From: Gaiellaceae bacterium
GTDB taxonomy: Bacteria > Actinomycetota > Thermoleophilia > Gaiellales > Gaiellaceae
Reading direction: 5' to 3'
DNA length: 64,000 nucleotides
Assembly (NCBI GenBank): GCA_050013935.1
Contig: JBEKEH010000004.1
Coordinates: forward strand, 6,779-70,778
This document shows positions 34,399 through 43,639 of the stretch, in pieces. The notes under the pieces were generated by a model, which saw only the letters and a program-made list of their open reading frames with translations, did not search any database and was not told the origin of the DNA. Position 1 is the first letter of the stretch; each line of letters begins with the position of its first letter. Position numbers and translations under genes: made by a program.

Positions 34399-35679
34399 AT
34401 GCGCGTAGACGAACGTGCGGCGGCCACCGCCGAGGTGATGCAGGCGCGCGAGCGGTACGTCCCGCGCGGGATCGCCGCGTCCGACCTCGTCGTCACCCGG
34501 GCCTGGGGCGCCCGCGTCTGGGACGCCGAGGGCCGCGAATACCTCGACTTCGCCGGCGGCATCGCCTGCCAGAACCTCGGCCACGGGCCGGCCGGCGTCG
34601 TCCGCGCGATTCACGAGCAGGTCGACCGGTACCTGCACCAGTGCTTCATGGTCGGGATGTACGAGCCGTACATCGAGGTCTGCCGCCGGCTCGACGAGCT
34701 CTGGCCGGGCGATGCGGCCACGAAGTCCATCCTGCTCAACTCGGGCGCGGAGGCGATCGAGAACGCCGTCAAGATCGCGCGCGCCGCGACCGGCCGCGCC
34801 GGGGTCGTCGTCTTCGACCGCGCCTTCCACGGCCGGACGAACCTGACCATGGCGATGACCTCGAAGCTCGTCTACAAGCAGGGCTTCGGGCCGCTCGCCA
34901 CCGACGTCTACCGCGCGCCGGCGCCGTACGCGTACCGCGGCGTGACGACCGAGGACGCGCTGCACGGGCTGGAGCTGCTCTTCAGGCAGGACGTCGACCC
35001 GGCAGAGGTGGCGTGCATCGTGCTCGAGCCGGTGCAGGGCGAGGGCGGCTTCATCGCCATGCCGCCCGAGTTCGTGACGGCGCTGTACGAGCTGTGCAAG
35101 CGCCACGGCATCCTCTACGTCGACGACGAGGTGCAGGCAGGCTGCGGCCGCACCGGTCCGATGTGGGCGATCGAGCACTACGGAATCGAGCCGGACCTGA
35201 TGGCGGCCGGGAAGACGCTCGGCGGCGGGTTGCCGCTCGCGGCAGTCACCGGCCGCGCCGAGATCATGGACGCGGTGCATCCGGGCGGGCTCGGCGGCAC
35301 CTTCGGCGGCAACCCGGTCTGCTGTGCGGCCGCGCTCGCCGTCCTCGACGAGCTGGCGGCGCCGGGCTTCCGCGAGCGGGCCGACCAGATCGCGCGGCTG
35401 CTGCGTACGCGCCTGGACGAGATCGCCGCCCGGCAACCGGTCGTCGGCGAGGTGCGCGGGCTCGGCTCGATGCTCGCGCTCGAACTCGCCGAGCAGAGCG
35501 CCGACCAGGCGAAGGCCGTGACCGCCGCGGCGCGGGAGAAGGGGCTGATCGTGCTCTCGTGCGGTCTCTACGGGAACGTGATCCGGCTGCTGCCGCCGCT
35601 CTCGGCGACGGACGACGAGCTGGAGCGGGGGCTCGGGATCCTCGAGGAGGCGCTTGGCAGCCTTGCTGAGTCCGGCTAG
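34399..35679 (+). CDS. gabT: 4-aminobutyrate aminotransferase (class-III)
   Basis: ORF 34399..35679: YLDFAGGIACQNLGHGP...NSGAEAIENAVKIAR...EPVQGEGGF...DDEVQAGCGRTGPMW...AAGKTLGGGLPL. Confidence 0.93.
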   Translation: MRVDERAAATAEVMQARERYVPRGIAASDLVVTRAWGARVWDAEGREYLDFAGGIACQNLGHGPAGVVRAIHEQVDRYLHQCFMVGMYEPYIEVCRRLDELWPGDAATKSILLNSGAEAIENAVKIARAATGRAGVVVFDRAFHGRTNLTMAMTSKLVYKQGFGPLATDVYRAPAPYAYRGVTTEDALHGLELLFRQDVDPAEVACIVLEPVQGEGGFIAMPPEFVTALYELCKRHGILYVDDEVQAGCGRTGPMWAIEHYGIEPDLMAAGKTLGGGLPLAAVTGRAEIMDAVHPGGLGGTFGGNPVCCAAALAVLDELAAPGFRERADQIARLLRTRLDEIAARQPVVGEVRGLGSMLALELAEQSADQAKAVTAAAREKGLIVLSCGLYGNVIRLLPPLSATDDELERGLGILEEALGSLAESG

Positions 35680-35692
35680 CTCCGAGAGGGCG

Positions 35693-36697
35693 GTGCCGGC
35701 GGCGGCGCCGGCGGTCCGGCTCGAGGGGATCCGGCGCAGCTACGGCGACGTCGTGGCGATCGCCGGCCTCGACCTCGAAATAGCCCAAGGGGAGTTCTTC
35801 ACCCTGCTCGGCCCGTCCGGCTCCGGAAAGACGACGACGCTGCGCGTGATCGCGGGCTTCGAGCGTCCCGATACGGGACGCGTCGAGCTGGCGAGCGTCG
35901 ACGTGACGAACACCGCGCCATCGGAGCGCGACGTCAACACCGTCTTCCAGGACTACGCGCTCTTCCCGCACATGACGGTGCTCGAGAACGTCGAGTACGG
36001 GCTGCGGGTGAAGGGTGTGAGTCGTCGCGAGCGGCGAGCGAAGGCGAACGAGGTGCTCGAGCGCGTCCGCCTCCCCCACGTCGGCGCACGCCGGCCGGTG
36101 CAGCTCTCCGGCGGCCAGCGGCAGCGCGTCGCGCTGGCGCGGGCGATCGTCAACAGCCCCGCCGTGCTGCTCCTCGACGAGCCGCTCGGCGCGCTCGACC
36201 TCAAGCTGCGCCAGGAGATGCAGGTGTTCCTCAAGGAGCTCCAGCGCGAGCTCGGGATCACGTTCGTGTACGTGACGCACGACCAGGAGGAGGCACTCAC
36301 GATGAGCGACCGCCTCGCCGTCTTCAACGAGGGTCGCATCGAGCAGATCGGCATGCCCGCCGACGTCTACGAGCACCCCGAGACGGAGTTCGTCGCAGGC
36401 TTCGTCGGCGTCTCGAACGTGCTCGAGCGCAACGGCAGGCGCTTCACGATTCGCCCGGAGAAGATCCATATGGCCGAGGACGGCGACGGCGAGCCGGGCG
36501 TCGTGCGCGACGTCGTCTACGCCGGCATGGTCACCCGCTACGTCGTCGACCTGGACGCCGGCGGCGAGCTCGTCGTCGTCCAGCAAAACCTCGAGACGTC
36601 CTCGCAGCAGGTGCTCGAGGCCCCAGGCAGGAGAGTCCGGCTCAACTGGCGGCCGGAGCACACCTACGAGATCGGCAAGGAGGGAAACGAGCAGTGA
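35693..36697 (+). CDS. ABC transporter ATP-binding protein (PotA/PotG-like)
   Basis: ORF 35654..36697: GPSGSGKTTTLR, LSGGQRQRVALARA, LLLDEPLGALD. GTG 35693 chosen (TTG 35654 or 35663 are alternatives). Confidence 0.9.
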   Translation: MPAAAPAVRLEGIRRSYGDVVAIAGLDLEIAQGEFFTLLGPSGSGKTTTLRVIAGFERPDTGRVELASVDVTNTAPSERDVNTVFQDYALFPHMTVLENVEYGLRVKGVSRRERRAKANEVLERVRLPHVGARRPVQLSGGQRQRVALARAIVNSPAVLLLDEPLGALDLKLRQEMQVFLKELQRELGITFVYVTHDQEEALTMSDRLAVFNEGRIEQIGMPADVYEHPETEFVAGFVGVSNVLERNGRRFTIRPEKIHMAEDGDGEPGVVRDVVYAGMVTRYVVDLDAGGELVVVQQNLETSSQQVLEAPGRRVRLNWRPEHTYEIGKEGNEQ

Positions 36698-37854
36698 CTC
36701 GGATCAAGAGGACACACGTGCTCGTCGCGGCCGTCGCGGCGGCCCTGTGCATACCCGCGGCGGGCTCGAGCTCCGGCAACGGGCTCCCCACGAAGATCGG
36801 GAAGGGCGAAGGCGTGTTGAACGTCATCGAATGGGCCGCGTACACCGATCCGTCCTTCGCGAACGCGTTCCAGAAGCAGACCGGCTGCATCATCCACCGC
36901 AAGGACGCCGGCTCGTCGAACGAGATGGTCGCCCTCATGCGCAGCGGCGGCGGTGGCGGCGGCGGGCAGTACGACCTCGTCTCGGCGTCGGGTGACGCGA
37001 GCCTGCGGCTGATCTACGGCGGTGACGTCCAGCCCGTGAACGTGAATCTCATTCCGAGCTGGAAGGACTTCCTGCCCATCTTCAAGTCCCCGGCGCACAA
37101 CACGGTCAACGGCGTGCACTACGGCGTCTCCGTGCAGTGGGGCCCGAACACGCTCATCTACGACACGAAGCTCGTGAAGCCGGCGCCGACCTCGTGGAGC
37201 GCGATCTACAGCTCGAAGTACAAGGGCAGGATCACCGTTCCGAACAACCCGATTCAGATCGCCGACGCTGCGCTCTATCTGATGAAGACGCAGCCGAAGC
37301 TCGGGATCAAGGATCCGTACGAGCTGACCAAGGCCCAGCTCGACGCCTCCGTCGCCCTGCTGAAGCAGCAGAAGCCGCTGTTGAAGCGGTACTGGAACTC
37401 GGCAGCCGACGAGATCGCCGACTTCAAGAACGGCGACGTCGTGATCGGCGCGGGATGGCCGTACCAGACCCTGCAGCTCCAGGCGTCGAAGGCGCCGGTG
37501 GCAGAGACGATCCCGACCGAAGGCGCAACCGGCTGGGCGGACACGTGGATGCTCGCGAAGCGGGCGCCGCACCCGAACTGCGCCTACATGTGGATGAAGT
37601 ACGTGACGCAGCCGCAGGTCGAGGCAAAGCAGGCGCTCGTCTTCGGCGAGACGCCCGTGAACCCGAAGGCGTGCCCGTACATGGACGCGATGCAGAAGGG
37701 CTCGTGCGCGGCGTACCACCTGAACCAGCCGCTCTCGTACTACAACACCATCCACTTCTGGAAGACACCGGTCGCCCAGTGCGGCTGGCAGAAGGCGAAC
37801 GACTGCATGGACTACAACGCCTGGCAGCAAGCCTGGACGCAAGTCACCGGGTGA
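36694..37854 (+). CDS. polyamine-type ABC substrate-binding protein (PotD/PotF family)
   Basis: ORF 36694..37854 (GTGA overlap). Signal peptide, then VLNVIEWAAYTDPSF...YDLVSASGDA... Confidence 0.9.
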   Translation: MTRIKRTHVLVAAVAAALCIPAAGSSSGNGLPTKIGKGEGVLNVIEWAAYTDPSFANAFQKQTGCIIHRKDAGSSNEMVALMRSGGGGGGGQYDLVSASGDASLRLIYGGDVQPVNVNLIPSWKDFLPIFKSPAHNTVNGVHYGVSVQWGPNTLIYDTKLVKPAPTSWSAIYSSKYKGRITVPNNPIQIADAALYLMKTQPKLGIKDPYELTKAQLDASVALLKQQKPLLKRYWNSAADEIADFKNGDVVIGAGWPYQTLQLQASKAPVAETIPTEGATGWADTWMLAKRAPHPNCAYMWMKYVTQPQVEAKQALVFGETPVNPKACPYMDAMQKGSCAAYHLNQPLSYYNTIHFWKTPVAQCGWQKANDCMDYNAWQQAWTQVTG

Positions 37855-37857
37855 CGC

Positions 37858-38784
37858 TTGGCGGTTGACGTCACGGCACTACCGGCGGGCCCGCGCGTGC
37901 GGCGGGCCCGCCTCCGCCTCTCGGCCGCTCTGTGGCGGCGGCCGTGGCTGAAAGCGGTCAGCCTGCTGACGCTGCCGATGGCGGCGTTCCTCCTCGTCTA
38001 CGTCGGCGCGCTCATTGTGCTCTTCGTGTCGTCGTTCTGGACGGTCGACTCGTTCACGGGGAAGCTGATCCACCACTGGACGCTCTTGAACTACCGCCAG
38101 ATCTTCTCCACGAGCGATCCGACCTACCTCCGGATCGCCGGACGCACGATCGGGATCGCTGCTGCCGTCACAGCGACCGACGCGATCCTCGCGTTCCCGC
38201 TCGGCTACTTCATGGCCCGGATCGCCGGGCGGCGGACGAGAGCGCTGCTCTTCGTGATGGTGCTGCTGCCGCTCTGGTCGAGCTACCTCGTGCGCATCTA
38301 CGCGTGGCGGACGATCCTCGCGCACGACGGCGCGATCAACTGGGCGCTCAACGGGCTGGGCCTGCCCGACCAGAACATCGCGTACACGAACTGGGCGATG
38401 TGGATCGTGTTCTCATACGTCTGGCTCCCGTTCATGGTCCTCCCCGTCTACGCCGCCCTGGAGCGCATCCCGGAGTCGTACCTGGAGGCATCCGCGGACA
38501 TGGGCGCCGGCGGCCTCCGGACGCTGCGCTCGGTCATCCTCCCGCTCGCGCTGCCGGGCGTCATGGCCGGCTCGATCTTCACGTTCTCGCTCACGCTGGG
38601 CGACTTCATCACGCCGCTGCTCGTCGGAGGGCCGAGCTCGAGCTTCATCGGCAACGTCGTCTACGACTTCATCGGGATCAACGCGAACGTACCGTTCGCG
38701 GCCGCGTTCGCCACGGTGCCGGTGATCGTGATGGGCCTCTATCTCACGATGGCGCGCAAGCTCGGCGCGTTCGAGGCGCTCTGA
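37858..38784 (+). CDS. ABC transporter permease (PotB/PotH-like)
   Basis: ORF 37858..38784: EASADMGAGGLRTLRSVILPLALPG, an EAA-like loop. Confidence 0.9.
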   Translation: MAVDVTALPAGPRVRRARLRLSAALWRRPWLKAVSLLTLPMAAFLLVYVGALIVLFVSSFWTVDSFTGKLIHHWTLLNYRQIFSTSDPTYLRIAGRTIGIAAAVTATDAILAFPLGYFMARIAGRRTRALLFVMVLLPLWSSYLVRIYAWRTILAHDGAINWALNGLGLPDQNIAYTNWAMWIVFSYVWLPFMVLPVYAALERIPESYLEASADMGAGGLRTLRSVILPLALPGVMAGSIFTFSLTLGDFITPLLVGGPSSSFIGNVVYDFIGINANVPFAAAFATVPVIVMGLYLTMARKLGAFEAL

Positions 38785-39629
38785 TGGAGACGCGCTCCAC
38801 CCGAGCCGCCCTCGTCGTCTGGACGACGCTCGTGATCGCGTTCCTCTGGATTCCGCTCGTGATCATCGCGATCTACGCGTTCAACAGCTCCAACATCCAG
38901 AGCTGGCCGATCCCGGGCTGGACGCTGCACTGGTTCCGGGTCGCCTGGCACAACCAGGAGGCACGGTCGGCGTTCGGCTTGTCGCTGAAGGTCGGCGCGG
39001 TGACGACCGGGTTCGCCCTCGTGCTCGGAACGATGGCTGCGTTCGCAATCCACCGCTTCCGCTTCTTCGGCCGCGAGTCGGTGTCGTTCCTGCTCGTACT
39101 GCCGATCGCCCTGCCCGGAATCATCACCGGCATGGCGCTCAACTCGTTCTACGTGTTCGCCGGCCTGGGCTTCTCGATGTGGACGATCGTGATCGGCCAC
39201 GCGACGTTCTGCGTGGTCGTCGTCTACAACAACGTGCTCGCGCGCCTCCGGCGCACGTCCGGCTCGCTGATCGAGGCGTCGATGGACCTCGGCGCCGACG
39301 GATGGCAGACGTTCCGTTTCGTGATCTGGCCGGTGCTCTCGACGGCGCTGGTCGCCGGCGGCCTGCTCGCGTTCGCGCTTTCGTTCGACGAGGTGGTCGT
39401 GACGACGTTCACGGCCGGCGCGCAGGAGACCCTGCCGATCTTCATCCTCGACAATCTGCGCCAGGGCCAGCAGCTGCCCATCGTCAATGTCGTCGCATTC
39501 TTCGTCATCGTCGTGACCGTCGTCCCCGTGGTGCTCGCGCAGCGGCTGATGCGCGACACCGGAGTGCTGCGCCGCGGAGCGGCGAACGTCACCGAGGCGG
39601 TGGAGGTGGCGGAGATACCAGCAGTCTGA
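38784..39629 (+). CDS. ABC transporter permease (PotC/PotI-like)
   Basis: ATG 38784 (TGATG overlap) within ORF 37932..39629: EASMDLGADGWQTFRFVIWPVL. Confidence 0.9.
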   Translation: METRSTRAALVVWTTLVIAFLWIPLVIIAIYAFNSSNIQSWPIPGWTLHWFRVAWHNQEARSAFGLSLKVGAVTTGFALVLGTMAAFAIHRFRFFGRESVSFLLVLPIALPGIITGMALNSFYVFAGLGFSMWTIVIGHATFCVVVVYNNVLARLRRTSGSLIEASMDLGADGWQTFRFVIWPVLSTALVAGGLLAFALSFDEVVVTTFTAGAQETLPIFILDNLRQGQQLPIVNVVAFFVIVVTVVPVVLAQRLMRDTGVLRRGAANVTEAVEVAEIPAV

Positions 39630-39644
39630 GACAGGAGGAGTGGC

Positions 39645-41084
39645 ATGAGCGCGACGAAGGCGGCATACAAGTGCTTCATCGGCGGCGAGTGGAGCGACGC
39701 CGCGTCCGGGGAGACGATGGAGGTCATCAACCCGGCGACGGGCCAGGTGATCGCGGAGGTGCCGAAATGCGGCGCCGAGGACGTCGACCGCGCGGTCGCG
39801 GCGGCGAAGAAGGCGCTGGAGACCTGGCTCGACGTGACGCCGAAGGAGCGCTCGGAGCTTCTCCACAAGCTGGCCGACGTCCTCGACGAAAACGGCGAGG
39901 AGCTCGCGCAGCTCGAGTCGCTGAACGTCGGCAAGCCGTTGCTGGCATCGCGCGACGAGATGCCGTTCTCCGCCGACAACCTGCGCTTCTTCGCGGGCGC
40001 AGCGCGCAACCTCGAGGGCAAGTCGGCGGGCGAGTACATCGCCGGCTACACGTCGATCATCCGGCGCGAGCCGCTCGGCATCGTCGGCGGCATCTGCCCG
40101 TGGAACTACCCGCTGATGATGGCCGTCTGGAAGATGGGGCCGGCGCTCGCCGCGGGCAACGTCCAGATCCTCAAGCCGTCGGAGCAGACGCCGCTGTCGC
40201 TGCTGCGCTTCGCGCAGCTCGCGCAGGAGGTGATCCCGGCCGGCGTGCTCAGCGTCGTCACCGGCGACGGCGTCCCGGCCGGCGAGCGAATCGTCACGCA
40301 TCCGGACGTGCGGCTCGTCTCCCTGACCGGCGACGTGTCGACCGGCAAGCTGATCGCGAAGAACGCGGCCGACACGCTCAAGCGCGTCCATCTCGAGCTC
40401 GGTGGCAAGGCGCCGATGGTGATCTTCGACGACGCCGACCCGAGGGCGGTCGCCGAGGGCATCCGCCTCGCCGGCTACTGGAACTCCGGCCAGGACTGCA
40501 CCGCCGGCTCGCGGGTGATCGCCGGGCCGAAGATCTACGACCGGCTGCTCGAGGAGCTCGTACCGCAGGTCGAGTCGCTGAAGGTCGGCGACCCGATGGA
40601 GAGCGACGAGATCGAGATGGGCTCGGTGATCTCGCAGTCGCAGCAGGAGCGGATTCTCGGCTTCCTCGAGCGTGCGAAGGGCGCGACCATCCTCACCGGC
40701 GGCGGCGCGAACGGCAAGCGCGGCTTCTTCGTCCAGCCGACCATCGTCACGGACGTGAAGCAGACGGACGAGATCGTGCAGGACGAGGTCTTCGGGCCGG
40801 TCGTGACGGTCCAGAAGTTCACCGACGACGACGAGGCGATCCGGTGGGCGAACGACGTCCGCTACGGGCTCGCAGCATCGGTCTGGACGCGGGACGTCGG
40901 CCGCGCGCTGAACGCGGTGAGGCGGCTCCAGTTCGGCACGGTCTGGGTCAACGACCACCTGCTGCCGATCACCTCGGAGATGCCCCACGGCGGCTACAAG
41001 CAGTCCGGCTACGGCAAGGACATGTCGGCTTACTCGATGGAGGAGTACACCCAGATCAAGCACGCGGCAATCAAACTGGCGTAG
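39645..41084 (+). CDS. NAD-dependent aldehyde dehydrogenase (aminobutyraldehyde dehydrogenase-like)
   Basis: ORF 39645..41084: ICPWNYPLMMAVWKMGPALAAGN, LELGGKAP, GQDCTAGSR. Confidence 0.95.
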   Translation: MSATKAAYKCFIGGEWSDAASGETMEVINPATGQVIAEVPKCGAEDVDRAVAAAKKALETWLDVTPKERSELLHKLADVLDENGEELAQLESLNVGKPLLASRDEMPFSADNLRFFAGAARNLEGKSAGEYIAGYTSIIRREPLGIVGGICPWNYPLMMAVWKMGPALAAGNVQILKPSEQTPLSLLRFAQLAQEVIPAGVLSVVTGDGVPAGERIVTHPDVRLVSLTGDVSTGKLIAKNAADTLKRVHLELGGKAPMVIFDDADPRAVAEGIRLAGYWNSGQDCTAGSRVIAGPKIYDRLLEELVPQVESLKVGDPMESDEIEMGSVISQSQQERILGFLERAKGATILTGGGANGKRGFFVQPTIVTDVKQTDEIVQDEVFGPVVTVQKFTDDDEAIRWANDVRYGLAASVWTRDVGRALNAVRRLQFGTVWVNDHLLPITSEMPHGGYKQSGYGKDMSAYSMEEYTQIKHAAIKLA

Positions 41085-41086
41085 CC

Positions 41087-41120
41087 AGGCGAAGTCGCAA
41101 CCTGGTTGCAGCCTTTTCGC
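41087..41120. repeat. REP-like imperfect hairpin with core palindrome GCAACCTGGTTGC (41097..41109)
   Basis: GGCGAAgtcGCAACCtGGTTGCagcctTTTCGCC. It sits 3 nt after the aldH stop and 16 nt before the transposase remnant. Confidence 0.55.
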
Positions 41121-41135
41121 CCGTAGCCTCCGCGC

Positions 41136-41619
41136 GTGGGTCGCAGACATCGCGTCGAGATTGAGGGCGGCATCTACCACGTCACCGCCCGCGGCAACAC
41201 TCAAGCCGCGATCTTCCGTGACGAGCAGGATTACCGCGTTTTTCGCGCCGTACTCGGCGAGGCAGTCGAGCGGCACCGCTGGCTCTGTCACTCCTTCTGC
41301 TTTTCAACTGGCGCTATCACCGTCACGGCCACGTCTTCCAGGGGCCCTACGGCGCTGTCTTCATCGAGGACGACCCCACTTGCTGGAGGTCTGCCGTTAC
41401 ATCGCACTCAATCCGGTTCGGGCCGGCCTTGCGAGCACGCCGGCGGAGTGGCCCTGGAGCAGCTATGGCGCACTTGCCGGCCTGCGGGAAGCCCCGATCT
41501 TCCTCCAGCTCGACGTCGTCCGCTCCTTGCTGGGCGGAGCGTCGGGATACCGCGACTTCGTCGCCGACGGCGTGATCACACGGCAGCGACCTGGTCGCAG
41601 TCGTACAGCCGCCCGGTAA
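41136..41619 (+). pseudogene. decayed IS200-like / REP-associated tyrosine transposase (RAYT-type Y1) gene
   Basis: Frame 1: VGRRHRVEIEGGIYHVTARGNTQAAIFRDEQDYRVFRAVLGEAVERHRWLCHSFCF. The HUH region is then missing. A second frame reads NWRYHRHGHVFQGPYGAVFIEDDP and a third reads HLLEVCRYIALNPVRAGLASTPAEWPWSSYGALAGL. That implies at least one internal deletion plus a frameshift. Confidence 0.7.
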
Positions 41620-41718
41620 CGGTTCCACGCTCGGGAACAAGATCCGTGCTCCGGTCGTCTGAGTAACCGAGAGGTGGCTTCCGCGGTACCCTGACAGCCC
41701 CTTTCCTGGAGGTCGCGC

Positions 41719-42729
41719 GTGACTACTGACGAGCTGGGTGCGGCAACCGACGTCGCCGACCGGTTCCTCGACAACATCGAGACCGTCGTCCACGGCAAGC
41801 GAGAGCAGATCAAGCTCGTCGTCGCCGCGCTCATGTGCGGCGGGCACGCGCTGCTCGAGGACGTCCCGGGCACTGCGAAGACGGTGCTCGCGCGCGCGAT
41901 CGCCGGCTCGATCGAAGGCGCGCACGCGACGCGGATCCAGTGCACGCCCGACCTGCAGCCGACCGACGTCACGGGGCTCTCGATCTTCAACCAGCTCGAG
42001 CGCAACTTCGAGTTCCGGCCCGGCCCGGTGTTCGCGAACGTCGTGCTCGTCGACGAGATCAACCGTGCGATGCCGAAGACGCAGTCGGCCCTCCTGGAGG
42101 CGATGGCAGAGCAGCAGGTGACCGTCGACGGAGAGACGCGCCGGCTCAGCGAGCCTTTCCTCGTCATGGCGACGCAGAACCCGATCGAGTACGAGGGGAC
42201 GTTTCCGCTGCCGGAAGCGCAGCTCGACCGTTTCTTCGTGAAGACGACGCTCGGCTACCCGGACGCTGACGACGAGGCACAGATCGTGGACGAGCAGCTC
42301 GGCGGTCATCCGCTGACCCGCCTCGCCCCGGTGATCGACCTCGACGATGTGGCGTTCCTGAGCCACTCGATCGCGGATGTCTTCGTGCACGAGGCGGTTG
42401 GCCGCTGGATCGTCGACCTCGTCCGCGCGACGCGGCATCTCGACATCGTCGCAATCGGCAGCTCGGTGCGCGGGACGCTCGCGCTCAACCGGGCCTCCCG
42501 TGCGTGGGCCGTCCTGCACTCCCGGCGTTACGTCACGCCGGAGGACGTCGAGCAGCTGTTCGTGCCGGTGCTGATGCACCGCATCCTCTTCCGGCCCAGC
42601 TTCCTCGCAGAGCTGCGCGACCGCGGTTGGGAGGCCGCGAGCGCCGACGTGCGCGAGCGCTGCCTGGAAGCGGCGCCGAAGCCGGGCTTCGACATCGACC
42701 TGGACGTCCCGGCTGCAATGACGGCCTAG
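41719..42729 (+). CDS. MoxR-family AAA+ ATPase
   Basis: ORF 41719..42729 (GTG after GGAGG): LLEDVPGTAKTVLARAIA, VLVDEINRAMPKTQSALLEAM, ATQNPIEYEGTFPLPEAQLDRF. Confidence 0.93.
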   Translation: MTTDELGAATDVADRFLDNIETVVHGKREQIKLVVAALMCGGHALLEDVPGTAKTVLARAIAGSIEGAHATRIQCTPDLQPTDVTGLSIFNQLERNFEFRPGPVFANVVLVDEINRAMPKTQSALLEAMAEQQVTVDGETRRLSEPFLVMATQNPIEYEGTFPLPEAQLDRFFVKTTLGYPDADDEAQIVDEQLGGHPLTRLAPVIDLDDVAFLSHSIADVFVHEAVGRWIVDLVRATRHLDIVAIGSSVRGTLALNRASRAWAVLHSRRYVTPEDVEQLFVPVLMHRILFRPSFLAELRDRGWEAASADVRERCLEAAPKPGFDIDLDVPAAMTA

Positions 42730-42736
42730 TGCCCTA

Positions 42737-43639
42737 GTGGCCGCTGTCTTCCCGCTGGTTCCGCGGCGGCGAGTGATCGGGCTCGCGTTCGGAGGCGTGC
42801 GCAGCGTCCGGCGCGGAGTCGGCTCGGACGTCGCGAGCACGCGGGAGTACCGGCCCGGCGACAACCTCGCGTGGATGGACTGGGCGGCGTCGGCGAAGAT
42901 CTCCGCCGCGCGCGGCGAGGACGAGTTCTTCGTGCGCGAGCGCTACGCGGACGAGGCGCCGCGCGTCGTGGTCGTCTGCGACCGGCGCCCGTCGATGTCG
43001 GTGCCGGCCTCCCCGCTGCGGTCGCTGGACAAGCCGCGCTCGATCCTCAGTGCGCTCGAGCTGATCGGGGCGAGCGCGCGGGCCGCGCGCAGCCTCACCG
43101 GCTATCTCGACTACGCCGAGGGAGAGCCGTACTGGCGCCCGCCGCGGACCGAGCACCGAGCCCGGGAGGGAACGTTCGACCGGCCGTTCCACGCGCCGCA
43201 GGACACCGTCTCACTCGGGCTCGAGTTTCTCGCCGAACACCGCCGCGACCTGCCGACGCAGGCGTTCGTCTTCGTCCTCTCCGACTTCGTCGTCCCGCCG
43301 GACCTGCGCGCGTGGCAGCGCGCGCTCGAGCACCGCTGGGAGCTCGTACCGGTGATGATCCAGGATCCGGTCTGGGAGCGGACGTTCCCCGACGTGAGCG
43401 GCGTCACCGTGCCATACGCCGACCCGGCAACGGGGCACGTCGTCCCGGTGTACCTGTCCGCGCGTGAGGCGGCGCGCATGCGTGACGAGCACGAGTCGCG
43501 CTGGGCCGCACGCGTCCACGATTTCCGGTCGCTCGGGCTCGAGCCGGTCGCCGTCCACTCGCACGACAGCGGCGAGATGCTGACCGCGTTCCTGCGCTGG
43601 GCCGACCTGCGCCTGATGTGGCGGGGGGCGGTCGCGTGA
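42737..43639 (+). CDS. DUF58 domain protein
   Basis: ORF 42737..43639: GSDVASTREYRPGDNLAWMDWAASAK...VVVCDRRPSM. Confidence 0.85.
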   Translation: MAAVFPLVPRRRVIGLAFGGVRSVRRGVGSDVASTREYRPGDNLAWMDWAASAKISAARGEDEFFVRERYADEAPRVVVVCDRRPSMSVPASPLRSLDKPRSILSALELIGASARAARSLTGYLDYAEGEPYWRPPRTEHRAREGTFDRPFHAPQDTVSLGLEFLAEHRRDLPTQAFVFVLSDFVVPPDLRAWQRALEHRWELVPVMIQDPVWERTFPDVSGVTVPYADPATGHVVPVYLSAREAARMRDEHESRWAARVHDFRSLGLEPVAVHSHDSGEMLTAFLRWADLRLMWRGAVA

